The notes under the pieces were generated by a model. It was given only the letters and a program-made list of their open reading frames with translations. It was not told the DNA's origin and ran no database searches. From Mytilus californianus (taxonomy: Eukaryota), in NCBI RefSeq assembly GCF_021869535.1, contig NW_026262701.1, positions 110,732,001 through 110,796,000 on the forward strand: a stretch of 64,000 nucleotides of DNA. Direction: 5' to 3'. Below, piece after piece: positions 40,401 to 55,400 of the stretch. The number at the start of each line of letters is the position of its first letter. The first letter of the stretch is position 1. A program made the position numbers and the translations under genes.

Positions 40401-43400
40401 TTGATGAAAACTAACATTTCAGTATTTTGAATTGATGGATATCACTAAAAAAGGGAAATTTTATGCTAACTCATTAATATGAAGTGTTCCAGCTTGAATC
40501 TCAGGGCAGAAGGGAGCTAGTTGTCTGAAAGAGCACTTTAGCGTTATAACCCAGATTTTAAGGGCAATGTTGGACAGTGTATAAATTACCTTGAATATTG
40601 CTAGGCTCAGCTGGAGAACATTAGTTGTATTTAAACCATATTCAGAAATTAATGTGTTCTTGATGTTGGTTCCAGTAAGAATTTTTTTTATCAAATTATC
40701 ATACCATGAAGCAAAGCATATCATTTTGATGTTAATCTAAACAAACTTGTACATTTGGTAAGGAAAATAATCATCAGAAATTTCAATGTTTTATAACTTA
40801 TACCAAAATAAACAAGTAGCTTTGAAAGATGGAGTTATACATGCAAAATTGAAGTTTTAATGTAATTAAATTATCTACATTTAAATTACTTGTTCAAACA
40901 TATAGTATATATGTTATTGAGAGTTATTTATTATCATCTGAATTGTTACAAAAAAGTATTTTTAAGTGCACACCAAAGTGCTCCTCAGTAAGGAGTTTTA
41001 TAAATATAACAGGTGAGACAGGAGATGATCATTCTTTTACTTTGGAGGGCAGAAGGGCGGGGTAAGGGCACCTAGGGCAGGCCGCCCTTCTATTTAGGGC
41101 AGGCGGGAACACTGATATGGGTATTCTTCTTTAGTGTAAATAACTATTGGTTTTTTCTGAAGTTGGCCATGGAAATCAAATTTTTATGGAAGTTATTTTA
41201 TTGTTAAAATGTACCAAACAGCAATAAATTATGAAAAGAACATGACAAGTGAGGTAAAATATAAGTACTTCACATTTCACATTTTGATTGTACTCTATTT
41301 ATTTTAGCAGTGCTATATTTCACTGTTGTTAGGCCTTATCAGTTTACATCTATATATACAATAATCATCAGATTTGATGTTTCACAGGTAAAACAAAACT
41401 ACTACTATCAGAAATTGTAAAGTTTCTAATTGCCAATTAGTTGTCTTAATGACTTCTGTCATATTTTTTTCTCTCACTTGACTTTCTACAGCTAATAAGC
41501 CTTAGACAACTTTAAAGCCATCTGTTTGATTATTTCTGAAATTTGGGTTTAAAATTTTTAATCTGTAAAAATTGAAATCCTCTCTAAGCTCAGCAAATTA
41601 AAACAAACTGCAAAAACATAGATGTTTACCATTAATCTTGGAATGTTTTTAATTGAATAGGTGTAACAAATGCCTTGCAGTTTGTCTTATATGCTATAGT
41701 GTGTACTACTTAAAAGGTCATGACTCAAACAAGCCTTGCAAGAAGGGGGAATCTTTCCCTAGGATGTCTAAGATTTTCCTGTCTTGCACTTTTTAAGTTG
41801 TTATCCTTTATATATCAACTGAAAATGTATTGACGTCCCTTGACCTTGTATATCTATATATGCCTTTTAAACCTACCTATGTGGTATGGGTTTTACTCCT
41901 AGTTGAAGGACGTACTGTGACCTGTAGTTGCTAACTACTTCATTTGTTCTCTGGTGGAGAGTTGTCTCTTGGGCAATCATACAACATCTACTTATTTTTA
42001 TACTGATGAACTGCGAAAACTTCCCCCAATTTCCCTGACATTTTATATTCAGAAGATACTTATCTTAGCCATACCCCGATTTAACTATCTTACAATACCT
42101 GTGTGGTACTCTGTAGTCCTGTTGATTCTTCTACAGCCCTGAGAGTGAGGACAAACTGATGTGCCGTGGAAGCCTCGTAGTCCATACTCTGTAAAGTAGC
42201 TACCTCTCCATCATCACTCATAGTAAATAATGTTGATGTTTGACTCCTCTCATCTAACAGTGAAAATTTAATGGTGCCATCATAATCTGTATTTTCATCT
42301 GGAGTTTTGGATTGGAATGGTTTGGCTTTGATGCTTAAAGGGCTGCCATCATCATTTGTCAGTCTATCAAAAAGGTTCAAAAACATTATTGTCAAGTTAT
42401 GAAATTCTTACTTTACAAAGATACAAATACATTTACATGGTTTTAAAACTCCTAGCATACTGTCATACAAGAGACAGTACCAAAAGTCAAGAAATTGTTT
42501 ATGTAATTTAGGTCCTTTTCCAAATTGAGACAACCAAATATAGAGTACAAACTAATGTTTTAATGACTTTGAAATGTTGTCAAAATAAAACAATATATAT
42601 TGAGTGAAAGCTTTCTTTGTTAGTGATGCAACAGCTCACATTCAATCAGTGTTATCCTTAGTAACTAAATGTTCTTGGTGAAAAAATTCATACTGCTAAG
42701 ATAAATGTACAATGATTTATACAATTGGTACAAATTTGGACCTATAAGCCAGTTTTCTTCACAAGGCCTATCAAGAAAAAAACATTATGTTTACTTTCAA
42801 TTTTTTAAGGTAACAGATGAATATACAGTTACTGCAATACTATATTTTGTCAAGGAATTATATATAACTTAAATATCAATGTTTCTGTCATATGAGACAG
42901 TTTTTTGCATGTGTATGTAGGTGTAATTATACATCATATGTCATCCAATGTGAAAATACACTTTCAGAAATATGTAAATGAGTTTTATAAAGCAATAATT
43001 CTGATATACTATTGATTATTTACAATTTGCTCATAAATTAGCTAACCACAACCTGAATTGTCTATATGTAACTTACTGCTTTCCAGGTGTAAAAAACATA
43101 AGTAAAATAGCCAGCCAAATGTATTAAATGAACCCTCAAGCAAAACACTGATGAGTAGAAGGGATGTGTGTATCCCAAGATACTACAATAATGTAAATTT
43201 TATTACTAGACAGGTTTTGGAATGGGTAACTGGCTGATCGTATTCATGCCAGCTTCATAATTCTGATAATCCAATATTTGAATATTTATTTTGACCATTT
43301 TGAAACCTTTGAACCACACTGATTGTCTTACCTTGTTCCGATAAGAGGGTCATTCCACTATCAAAAGGCCAAGTCCTTTGAACTTATGAAAGAGTGACTG

Positions 43401-46400
43401 ATATTTCTATTAGTATTTTTTTCAAGATATAAAGAACAAATTTTATAGATTTATCAATATATTCTGACTTCCATGTAGTGACTAATGTTATTTTATGTGT
43501 AACATGTTTGCAAGATTATATTTCAGGTCATAATGTCACAAATGCACAAGAGTGAATTCTGTCTTTATTTTATGTTCTAAAATGAATGACCCTCTTAAAA
43601 TTAGAGAACTTGGTTTTCTTTGTATGTAAGAAGTAATGTATGGTAGTGTATTGACAAACTGTTAGCATCTACTAAAACCTTTTCCTTTTAAAGATTGAAT
43701 CTCCTAGATATGCATTAGTTCTTCCTAAAGCATCATGGATTGAAAATCACGGAAACGTGTTCATGTCAATGAGACAGCAACCATACAATACAACATAAAA
43801 AATAATAATATCACTGCTGTAAAGGTTATTTATGCTCAAGATGTATTGAAAAGTAATTATTTATCTGTAACATAAGATCAAATTGCTGAAAGAACCCTCC
43901 TCCTAAATTACTGAAATCTATCCTTTTGCATTGACCATATCTTGGTGTAAATAAGATACACACAATCAGACTTATGCCCTCATGGTTGTATCTAATACTA
44001 ACAGAAATGTAATAAATTTACATACTTGTAGCCAGCTTGATTATTTTCCATCACATATCCAATATAGGGGTCTTCAAAGAATTGTGGAGGTCTGGATCCA
44101 ACTAAAACTTTTACAATCTCAAAATTAGATTTCTGTATAACTGTTGGTGTTACTGATGTGTCCTGAGCTGATACAACCAATGAAAATTCTCGTCCTTTCT
44201 CATATTGTCCATGTCCTGTCTTTGTGGTTACAATCCTACCAATATGGCGGCCAGCAGCAATGATGTTTTGGATGGCAAACTTCCCTTCCCCAGCTAAAAA
44301 ATAACAGCAGCAAGAATATACTAGAATGTAAGAATATAAAACTGATGTAACAAAATGAAAACCTTCTGTACATGGCCTTAAACATAGAACAGTACTATTT
44401 TTTACTGACTCCAACCTACATTTAATAATTCCTATGTCAAGGGATAATATTAAACATCTCTTATAATGGCAAATCATTGGAATCTCTGCTGAAGGCAAAT
44501 CATCAATTTCCGTTATTTTCAAAACCTTGTCTAGACATTGGCTGATTTAGTAGCTTTGCATAAAATGTTGAAAACCATATATTGTAAGATCACCTATAAA
44601 CATTTCTTTGGTGTTTTTTTGTTATTGGGTTACTGTCTCACTGACATAGACCCTACATCTCCTATTTTGATATCCAATATATATAATGTATTAGATCACC
44701 AGACTCCAGGATATACATGTTATACTAGATCCTATGTTTGGAGACTATTTTACTCACCAGACTCCAGTATATATGTAATACTAGATCCTGTGTCTGCGTC
44801 ATCAGCCATAAGTTCATACACCAGCTCTCCGGCACTTGGATTGGTGGACACTGTAGCCAGGAAAGGTCGAGGCTCATTGATAAACCTTGGTTTCTCGTCA
44901 TTGACATCCTTTACAGTTAATGTCACTTTCACCAATGTATAGTCTATAATATATAAAATAATATTGCATTAGAATATTAGTATACAGATTATACATCACA
45001 GGAACTAAAACATTCATCACAATTTTTACCAGTAATTTGTAGGAATGAATAGAAAGTGACAGTATACACTTACCCTCCTGTCCTGCATTGAAATACTATA
45101 CCCTATATATATAGTATACACTTACACTCTTGTCCTGCAATGAAATACTATATCCTATATATATAGTATACATTGACACTCCTGTCCTGCAATGAAATAC
45201 TATACCCTATATATATAGTATACATTGACACTCCTGTCCTGCAATGAAATACTATATCCTATATATATAGTATACATTGACACTCCTGTCCTGCAATGAA
45301 ATACTATACCCTATATATATAGTATACATTGACACTCCTGTCCTGCAATGAAATACTATACCCTATATATATAACTATGAAATATATACTACATCATCGT
45401 CTACATGTAAAGTATTTTCAAATTATTATAAGTTCAATGTTTTGACATTTGTCAAAATATAAGCCCCTTTAAGAATTCAACATTACAAAATCATACCTAC
45501 TACATATTGTTTTAAAATAGACATGCATTGTTATAAAACTCAGCATATATTAAAGTGGACTGCCATCTTGGGTATCTTTCTTAATAGTTGCAAGCAGTAT
45601 GTAAGAACACAAAAATAATTAACATTTTCTAAGACAAACAATATTATGTATGAAGCATGTTATTGTTTCTTCAAGAAATATTTATTGCAGAAATACACAA
45701 CAAATCTAGATTTATTCTCTAATCAAAGTATGCATGGGGAAGTAGCATTTGCACAAATGTGTTAAATTCCAGGAGAGATAATTAACACATTTGCCCTGGT
45801 CTCCCAATTTAAGGCATGATGTCAACAGCCATTCATTTTTGGCCCATATGTGCTCCATACTTTTTCAACTTTCATAGCTAACAGAACTTGGTTTACAGCC
45901 AGAACTTCAAACTTGCAAAGAAGCAAGGTTTATTAAAAAAAAAAATTCTTTCAAACAAAATAAACACTTTTGTGTACTAGAGGCATTATATATAACTTAT
46001 AACATTTACAGTATACATGTACTTTCTCACAAATGTAAATAAAGATTACCAAACATTTATTGAAAAAAAAAAACACAACTAAAAATGACTTAAAAATTTG
46101 ATACAGTTTTATCAATTAAATTACATGTATCTACATTGTCTACATTCCCAAAGACCCTTACAAGATATTTAAAGTTTAAGTTCTGCTTTTATTCCTCGAT
46201 ACTAATCTACTATACTATTATGTAACAATTTACTTCATAAATAGCTGTAAAACATACCAATTTACTGACATGTAGCTATTTTATTGCATTAACCACAAAA
46301 AAGTAAGTGTTTAATGGTGCATCACTGTAACTATTATTATCACAAAATCAGTATTCCCTAATAATTCTTTCAATTTCTCCCCTACAATAAACCTATACAG

Positions 46401-49400
46401 CTTTACGAATAGTTTGGCAGAAATTACACAAGAATGTAAGATAACATCTTTTAAAATCAGTTCAATGAATTTACTACAGAAAAACTTATCTGATAAAAAA
46501 TTTCTAAAAATATTTATTTCACTTACTTTTCCATTTTTTGACAAGTGATCTGATAAAAAGAAACAACTGTCGAGGTGGAGTAGACTAATGTTTTATTTAA
46601 TGACATAAACCCATCAAGGATAAATAAATATATAGAAAGGCAATTTTTTAGGATAAATAAATATATAGTAAGGCAATTTTTTAGTCTATCAAAACCATCT
46701 TAAATTTTTTTAGACTTTATGAGAATTTTCATATCATGAGTTTCATAAACATGAAAATTTAAGTCTAGTCTTGTATTTGCTTTTATAAACACATTTCCTA
46801 TTTTTCTCTTTTTAATTTCCATTAGCTAACATCACATTGTTTTATGAAAACACATGTTGAAATTAATGTAGTAACATGTCTATGACAAATGAAAATCTGA
46901 GATGCAATTAACTTAAACAAATTATCTTGTTGCAATATATGCAACAGAACAAAGGCAACTCGTAACTTCATTAAATATGAATAATAATGGGGAGTAACAT
47001 TTTTTTCATTCTACAATTTCATTTCATTGTGTGTACCAGACTGAAACCCATTAACATTTTTATAAATTTGACCCCAGGGAGTACCTTAAATAGATGGTTT
47101 TCTCCAATAAATTCTGTAAAAAATCAATATTGCTTAGTCTTAGAACATCCTATTCTTTCTCGTTTTTATTGTAAATATTCTAAAAATATTGTAAGAAAAT
47201 ATGTTCAATCATATAATGATCTCTATATGATTACTGGATTATAAAAACACTCATAGAAGTTGTAAGGCATGTTTTGTCTGATTAATAACATACTAAAAAC
47301 CTGGTGTCTATACTCAATTAGTCATAATAACAAAAAAATGTATAAAATGACCTAATGGTATTGATATCAAGACTTTGTAATGAAAAGAAAATATACAAAA
47401 GGCAGAATCTTGTTTGTTCTGTATAAAACCTCATCATAAACCTCATCTTATATAAAGGTCTGGGAATTAAAGGATTAAACAGTAGATTAAGTACTTCATT
47501 ACCACATCATGCACATAAGAGTTTCAACCTGTACAAATGTATATCTAATGTGTACAAATGTATATCTAATGTGTAAATGTTAACAATGTGTACAAATGTA
47601 TATCTAATGTGTAAATGTTAACAATGTGTACAAATGTATATCTAATGTGTAAATGTTGATAGTAATTCTTGTCCAGATTTCCACCAACTCATTGTAAAAA
47701 TTAATGGGGAATGTGTCCATGGGACACAGATGATGCCCCCGCTTGTCTATCATATAAAGTTATAAAGGGACATAACTGAAAAACGGTAAAAGTGACGCTA
47801 CCAAAACTTGTACTTGATCTGAGTTTTGTGGGAATAACAATTGTGTATAAGTTTCATAACATTTGGTTGAGGCAAACTTAAGTTAGATAAGGGAAACAAA
47901 AAATTCAGCAATTTTTCCATTTGTAAAGGGGCATAACTCTAGAATAATAAGAGTAACACCCCCAAAAAACAAACTTGATCTGTATTTAGTAGTTATAACA
48001 ATTGTGTATAAGTTTCATAACATTTGGTTGAGGCTAACTTAAGTTAGAGAACGGAAACGAAAAATTTAGAAATTTTTCCACTTGTAAAGGGGCATAACTC
48101 TAGAACTTTTAAGTGACACCACCAAAATTCCGACTTGATCTGTATTTTGTGGTATTAAGCATTCTGTATAAGATTCATAGCATTTGGTTGAGGCAAACTT
48201 AAGTTAATAGAACGGAAACGAAAAATTCTGCAATTTTTCAATTTGTAAAGGGGGATAACTCTAGAACGGTTAAAGTGATGCCACCAAAATTCAAACTTGA
48301 TCTGTATTTTGTGGTAATAAGCATTGTGTATAAGTTTCATAACATTTGGTTGAGGCAATCTAAAGTTAGAGAACGGAAACCAACTTCGGGACGTACGGAC
48401 GGACAAGGGTAAAACTTAATGCCCCCTCCGCTATGGTGGGGGCATAAAAATTCTATATGTACTTGTATTTTATAGCAGAAACCTTTATATTTACTGTAAC
48501 TGGTTTATGTTCCAAAAAATACCTTACAGCTAAACTTTATCATAAGTATACTAAGTTGTTCATGACTAACAGGTAATTTTTGTTGCAAAATTTTAATGAA
48601 ATGAAGGCCTGGGCTCATTTTATTTTATTTAATATAAAAGTAAAAGTTAAAGATTTTTCCTTTCACAATGGAGACTTCTAATATAAACTGGTCTACATGG
48701 ACCAAGTTAATTCTCTTTGCTCTGACATCATATGATGTGTACTAGTAGTTAATATAAAACCACCTGATTTTGGAAAATGTAAACTACATAATGTACATGC
48801 TGGTTACATAACAACAAAAACTCTGTTTAAACTCCTACTCAGTTTTTGTAGAACAGTTCTCTGATGATCAGGAATTAATTCTATATATCACACAGTAGAC
48901 TGACACAATAAACTCATCTTATGATCCTAAAATATCTTGCATGCACTTCACTGGCAGATGTTTTAACAGTCAATAGGTAAACCCTAAATAATATCTACAT
49001 CAACAGAAAATATACCAATCAGTTGTGCATCTTGTACTTTATATCTGCACATCATTTGTCTTTTATGTTATGAATACATTGATTTGTTTACAAATTATTT
49101 ATTTATATATTTATATATGTTTGTGTGTATCCTCATCACTGCTATTATAAATCATTAGTTTTATTATCTTCTACCATGTCTACATTTTATCTTTTGTCTT
49201 ATTTACCCACATCTGTAACTTTTGTCTAATCAGCTGAACCCAAGATAATATTCTTATAGGAAAAAAAGGGACTTTAAAAAATTTTGCAGCTACATGTAAC
49301 ACATGTATACACTTAGTGGTGGATTTTAAAATTCCTGAGGGATTCAGTTAACCCAGTAGGTCTTGCCTGCCCTCATTGTTGTCATACATTTTAAGAATTT

Positions 49401-52400
49401 TATACATGATGTTTCATGCATTAAGTTGATGTTTCTAAAGGTTTTTTTTTCATATCTCTGTGATTCAGTAAGACATTTACATTGTACTACATGAAGAAGT
49501 AAAATATTTGTATTCAAATGATTGAGAATTGTTTTACACTTTTCATAGAAGTCTCATTCAAATTCTATGAAATTCAATTCACATATAACCCAAGTAGATC
49601 CTGTCTAGTTATAAAAAAAAACATTGGGTTTCAAATCATAGAGAATAGTCAAACTGACTCCAGTTTATCACTTTAAAGATGCTTCTGTCAAATTCTAAAG
49701 AAATTTCTACTACACAGACTTTCAGGTAAACTTCTATTCATATGCCTAATCAATTGATGATGATGATGATGATGTCGATTGACTTTCAATCTACTACAAT
49801 GTAAATGGATGTCTTCACTGTTTTAACTTCTGTAATATGTCAACTTTCTATATAATTAAAATAATAAATTGAGTTTCTATATCTCAACAAATTTTATTAA
49901 AAAATTATTCTTGATAGAAAATTTTTAATTTACATGTAGGATGATGAATATAAAAAATACATTTGTATAGTGGATTTCTGGACATGTTAAATAAATCATT
50001 GATAGCTATATATAGTGTCCACTTCAAATGTTTGATTGACTCTCTAGAATCAATACTGTTTAACAAGATTTCTCAGAAAGGCATTCATGACAGATTCTTA
50101 ATGACTTTCACACACACAATTTTTAATTGTTCTTCAGGGAAGATTTGTCATTAGCATCTTTTATCTTCACCCCTTAAACCCAGCCTCAGTTTCATTCATT
50201 AGAGGCATAAGTGGCATTTTGATGAGCATCCATGATGAAGCCAAGTATATGGTCAATCATTCAGTAGCCTAAACCTACATTATAACCTATATTTTTCAGT
50301 CACAAACATGTGTACTCATTGATATTTTAGTCTTAGATGCATGATTTTTTTTTATTAGTTGTTATTGGCTTTGAACTAGCTGTCAGTAACTGAGAGTACT
50401 CTCAGATCTGTACTTAGTGTCTTTTTGTTGTGGGCATGTATAAGTACCTTGCCACGTCCACTCTGTTTTTTTGTTAGATGAATTTCTGCTTATGTATCAA
50501 TCTGATGAGTTAAGCCCTTTTCAACTGATTTTCATAATTTGTTCTTATGTTGTACTGTTATGAAACTGTCCAAGGTTAGGGGGAGGATTGACGCGCCTTC
50601 AAACTAGTTTAACCCTGCCACATTCTGTATGTGCCTGTCCCAAGTCAGGAGCCTGTAATTCATTGTTTGTTGCTGTATATCATATTTGTTTTTCAATTTA
50701 GATGTACTTCATACACATTAATTGAGTACTTCATACACATTAATTCTTATATAAAATGTCCTGATGACGCCTGCATACATTGTATGTAGACCATAGTAAC
50801 TAAAATTGCAGGCCATTTGAAGTGTTGTTGTCAATTTTGATTATTATTCAAGTGTTGCATTTGTTTGCATGATTTGATTTTGTTTTTCATATCATATATC
50901 TCAAAAATTTTCAATGTGAAAATGTTTGAAAATATCAGCGTAATATTTTGCATGTGAATGTCATTCTGCCCATCAAGGGCCCTTAATTGGAACAATAAAT
51001 AGTTGTGTTCTTATCTTAGACTTATTTTGGGTTGGACAGGAATATCCCATTTATTCTGTGTTTCCTGATTTATCACCCAGTGTTGATTATGATTTCTCAA
51101 TTCCATGTTCATTAATCCCTACCAATTTTTTCCCCCATTTGCAGGTATAATTATAGTCTGTCATCACTTCTTCACAAGAAATCAATCAATGAAGATCAAG
51201 GGTATCAGACTTGTTAAATGGCATGCTGTAAGATATTACATTGGGGAGAGAGGCTTTATGTAAGTCTGGGAGTAATCACAAACTAATCTGTTTCAATTAA
51301 ATATAATCTTTAATCACAAGTTTTCATATTACTAAACTTTTTCTCTCCATTTGTAAACCTATATGTAATCAAACTGAGTAATAAGTAATATGGAAAACTT
51401 CTCCCAGCCATAACCAAGGTGAGAATATTTACTTTAATGCCTTTTAAATAATTGCTAGATAATTTAAGAACAAAGGCTAAATTGTATCATCTGTTATGGA
51501 TAAATAGAGATGAGGGGTAAACCTAAGTGAAACAGCAACTTAACAACACAAGAGTGCACATGCTGAAATGTCACGCCTGCTTATTTTTTAAAATCTGACA
51601 TAATTGAATTATAATGATGAGGTCAAGGTCAAATGAACTCTCCATGACAGACATGTTCACCTTACAATCATTCCATACACCTTATATAGTTGACATATTG
51701 CTTAATGTATCTGATAAGCTGGCAAAACCATGAAAAATTAACATTGACCAATAAACAATGAAAATGAGGTCAAGGTCAGAGGATCCCTGCCAGAGTCATG
51801 TACACCTTACAATCATTCCATAAACTAATCTGGTTGACCTACTGCCTATAGTATCTGAGATATGGACTTGACCACCAAATTTTAACCTTGATCAATGATC
51901 CATGAAATGAGGTTGAAGTCAGGTGAACCCTGTGTGATGGAAATCTAGACATTGCAAGGAACCCATATACCAAATAAAGTTATCCTATTACTGATAATAA
52001 GTGAGAAATTCACATGACAAAAAAACTAATTTTGTTTTCAAGCAATCTCTGAACCATGAAAATGAGGTCAAGGACAATGGACATATGACAGACGGAAACT
52101 ACGTAACATGAGGTATCTGCATACAAGGTATGAAGCATCTAGGTCTTCTGCCTTCTGAAATATAAAGCTTTATACAAATAGTTTATGCTGTCACTGCTGC
52201 CGGATTGTAATTCATGATATGCCGTAGGCTTGACAAAAACCCAAACACATCTAGATGTCAGCATGTAACAGTCTACTGTAGAGAGAAACATATTTTTTTC
52301 AAGCATCATGCACTTAGCAAAATAATTACTATTAGGTGGGATTTTTATCGACATGTATTAAAACACACATTCAGAAGTTAACAACAATGGTTGAAAGAAA

Positions 52401-55400
52401 CCATGAAGACAATACTGTAGTAATGATACATCCAAAGAAAAAATTTGATAAGCACAAATTTTATCGGAATTGTTTTTTTTTGCACATCCTTATTTTTTTT
52501 TACAATTCTTTCATTTATTTCGATGCAAATTTACTTTAATTTCCAAGTTGATAACAAATTTGGTTGAATCCATGCTTTACACCATACCATTTTTTCTTAA
52601 AAGGAAATAATGAGAGCTATCATTAATGATTTGGTTTCTTTGGACAGCAGACTTTCCAATAGCACACTAATTAATTTTGACATGGCAATGCACACAAAGA
52701 AAATTCTTCTACAGACTCAATATCATTAAACACTTGATTGACAAAATATTTGAATATTCTATTTGGCATGGACAGACAGTCATAATGTATGAGATTATAA
52801 ATTTGGAAACTTAATTAACATGGGATTAATTAATAATGTATGAAGCCTGGTCATCACTCAGAACTTCAAAAATCAATTCTGTGTATAGTTTTAACCTCTT
52901 CACTATTTGAGTGTAATTACCTCAAAAAGTGGTCCGAATATGTAAATTCTGTAACCTTCAATTTACAATATAAGCTTACATACACTTGATATTATGTAAA
53001 TTTGTGTAACAATATTTTCAATTGCACATTTTAAGAGGCCCACTGTTGAAATTTCAAATACTGTAAATTCAGAAATTATTGCGATGTTTTTATGATGCAA
53101 AAAATGCAACAACATCAGTTTCGCAATCATAAAAACTTGCATTTATAATTTCAGTAGTGATTTTGCCTCATACAATTCTTGCAATCGCATTAGTTACATT
53201 TCACATTTTTGCCAGTGGTAAAGGATTCGCAATAATAAATGCATGCATTATTTTCTGAATGAACAGTAACAAAAGTTTTATGAATGAAGTCATTTTAAAC
53301 AGAGAATGTTTAATACATCAAAATTACAAAAAATAAAGATAAACCTCAGCAATTTCTTTTTGTGATACAAGCATCTAACTATATCTTGTTTTATCATTAA
53401 ACGTAAGGGAAGTATTCAATATTAACCTGCATGAAAATTGATGAAGAATTACAATGTAACAAGAATTTGTTAATATTTTGTCTGAGACGAATATATTTTT
53501 CAAATATAGCATGAAATACATTGAAAGATGAGCACAGATTTTGAAAATATTTTTAAGGAAAAAAAAATATAACATGGACAATGGTGAACCACAAACTGAA
53601 AACATATATGTCTGTAATTTATCCATTTAATACAATTTCAGTAAGACCTAATTTGATATTTCTCCCAAATAAAACACTTCAGACCTTATATGTACATGAT
53701 GTATCAGGGAAGAATCTCCCCCTTGTGAAATGTAAATCAAACTAATTAAATGGATGTCAAAGACAGTGTGAAATTTAACACCATATGACAAAGATGACAT
53801 GGCCCCCTGGACAGCTTTATGGCCTTTCAATTGTCCATATTTGGTAAAATGACCAATAAAATTGTATTGATTTCTCTGGACACAATTAAATTAAGAAAGT
53901 TACAAATCAGATTTGACAGTCTTAACTCCTTCCCTGAAAGAGGAAGACATAAACAGGGATAATTATCTATCTCCATATTACAATGTATCTACACATTATT
54001 ATTGGATCAGAATTTCGGTGAAAGCTACCATTACAAATTTAATCACTACCAAATCAAATTCCTGATCAAGGATTATGGACCACTATTATTGTAAACATGG
54101 TCCAATGAGCTTCAGGAAGCAACAAATAAAGTCAATTACTGGTAATAGCAGTGAACTGTCTCCGACCCTAATTACACGCTTTAATGAATGATTTATTGGG
54201 TCCACTGGACCATCTTTATCTTCTTTACATTACATAGAAAAAAGATTTCTCTAATGTTCTTATAAACTGATCCATCACTTCAAATACTCATTTACCAAAA
54301 AAATCCTCTTTTCTTAAGCTTTATTCAAATGGTACAAGATGCACGATTCCATCTAAGAATATTTCAAATGAAACCAGTAGGGATGGAGTTCTTCAAATTG
54401 ACCTTTCAACTTTTAATTTTACATTTCAATGAACAAAGTGTGAAATCTGATAAGCTTCATTAAAACTAATATGGACATCAGATCTTTTTATAAATTTCAT
54501 TGTAGACAATTCAAGGAACTTACTACTTTTATGATATTTTATGACCTGAAGAAAAGAATAAAATCTTTAGAATTATGACACATTTATGATGTGTGACAAT
54601 GTTATGTTAAGCTGACCAATAGTGTCCTAACATAAATATGCTACCATTTATTTTCTCCTTTATAGTGGAGAAATAAACACTGACAATAACAATAAAAGCT
54701 TGCTGGCAGACAACACATCAAACATGTCTGATTACCAGGTGTACCAGTAAGTTGTAATAAAATCATGTTATTTTCAAACCCTACATATACTTGCTTGTTT
54801 CTTTATGCTTACATTTTGATAAAAACAAAATACTCAGAAGGACCATAAAGCATCCTACATGTATTTAAAATTTGGTTTGGACAACAAAAGTTTAAAATGA
54901 CTATTTTGGCAAAATTTGTTCCTTTGGTAAGTATTAGATACACCTATGAGTGCATTAACCGAATAAGGTGTATCTTATTAACACCAAGATATTATATATG
55001 GTTTATGCAAAATGATAGTTTTCAATAATAGGAGGATCTTTCAGAGATTTGGATTTGACCGTATGTTATTCAAAAGCATGATAAATGCAGGGTATCTAAT
55101 TTCATTAAACATGAAATAAATCGGGAATGTGTCCATGGGACACAGATGATGCCCCCGCTTGCATATAACATTATAAAGGGTAAAACTCAAGAACTGTAAA
55201 AGTGAAGCCACAAAAATTCAAACTTGAACTGTGTTTGTGGTAATAAGCATTGTGTATAAGTTTCATAACATTTGGTTGAGGCAAACTAAAGTTAGAGAAC
55301 AGTAACAAATATTTCAGGAATTTTTCCATTTGTAAAGGGGCACAACTCTAGAACGGTAAAAGTGACGCCACCAAAATTCAAACTTGAACTGTGTTTGTGA

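Noticed and set aside
42003-42022. CTGATGA...GAAA hammerhead candidate
   Set aside because: Only 5 nt lie between the cores, with no helix II and no helix I.
50103-50137. Minus-strand CTGAAGA-hairpin-GAAAGTC hammerhead candidate
   Set aside because: No room for helix III, extra GT repeats break helix II, and helix I does not pair.
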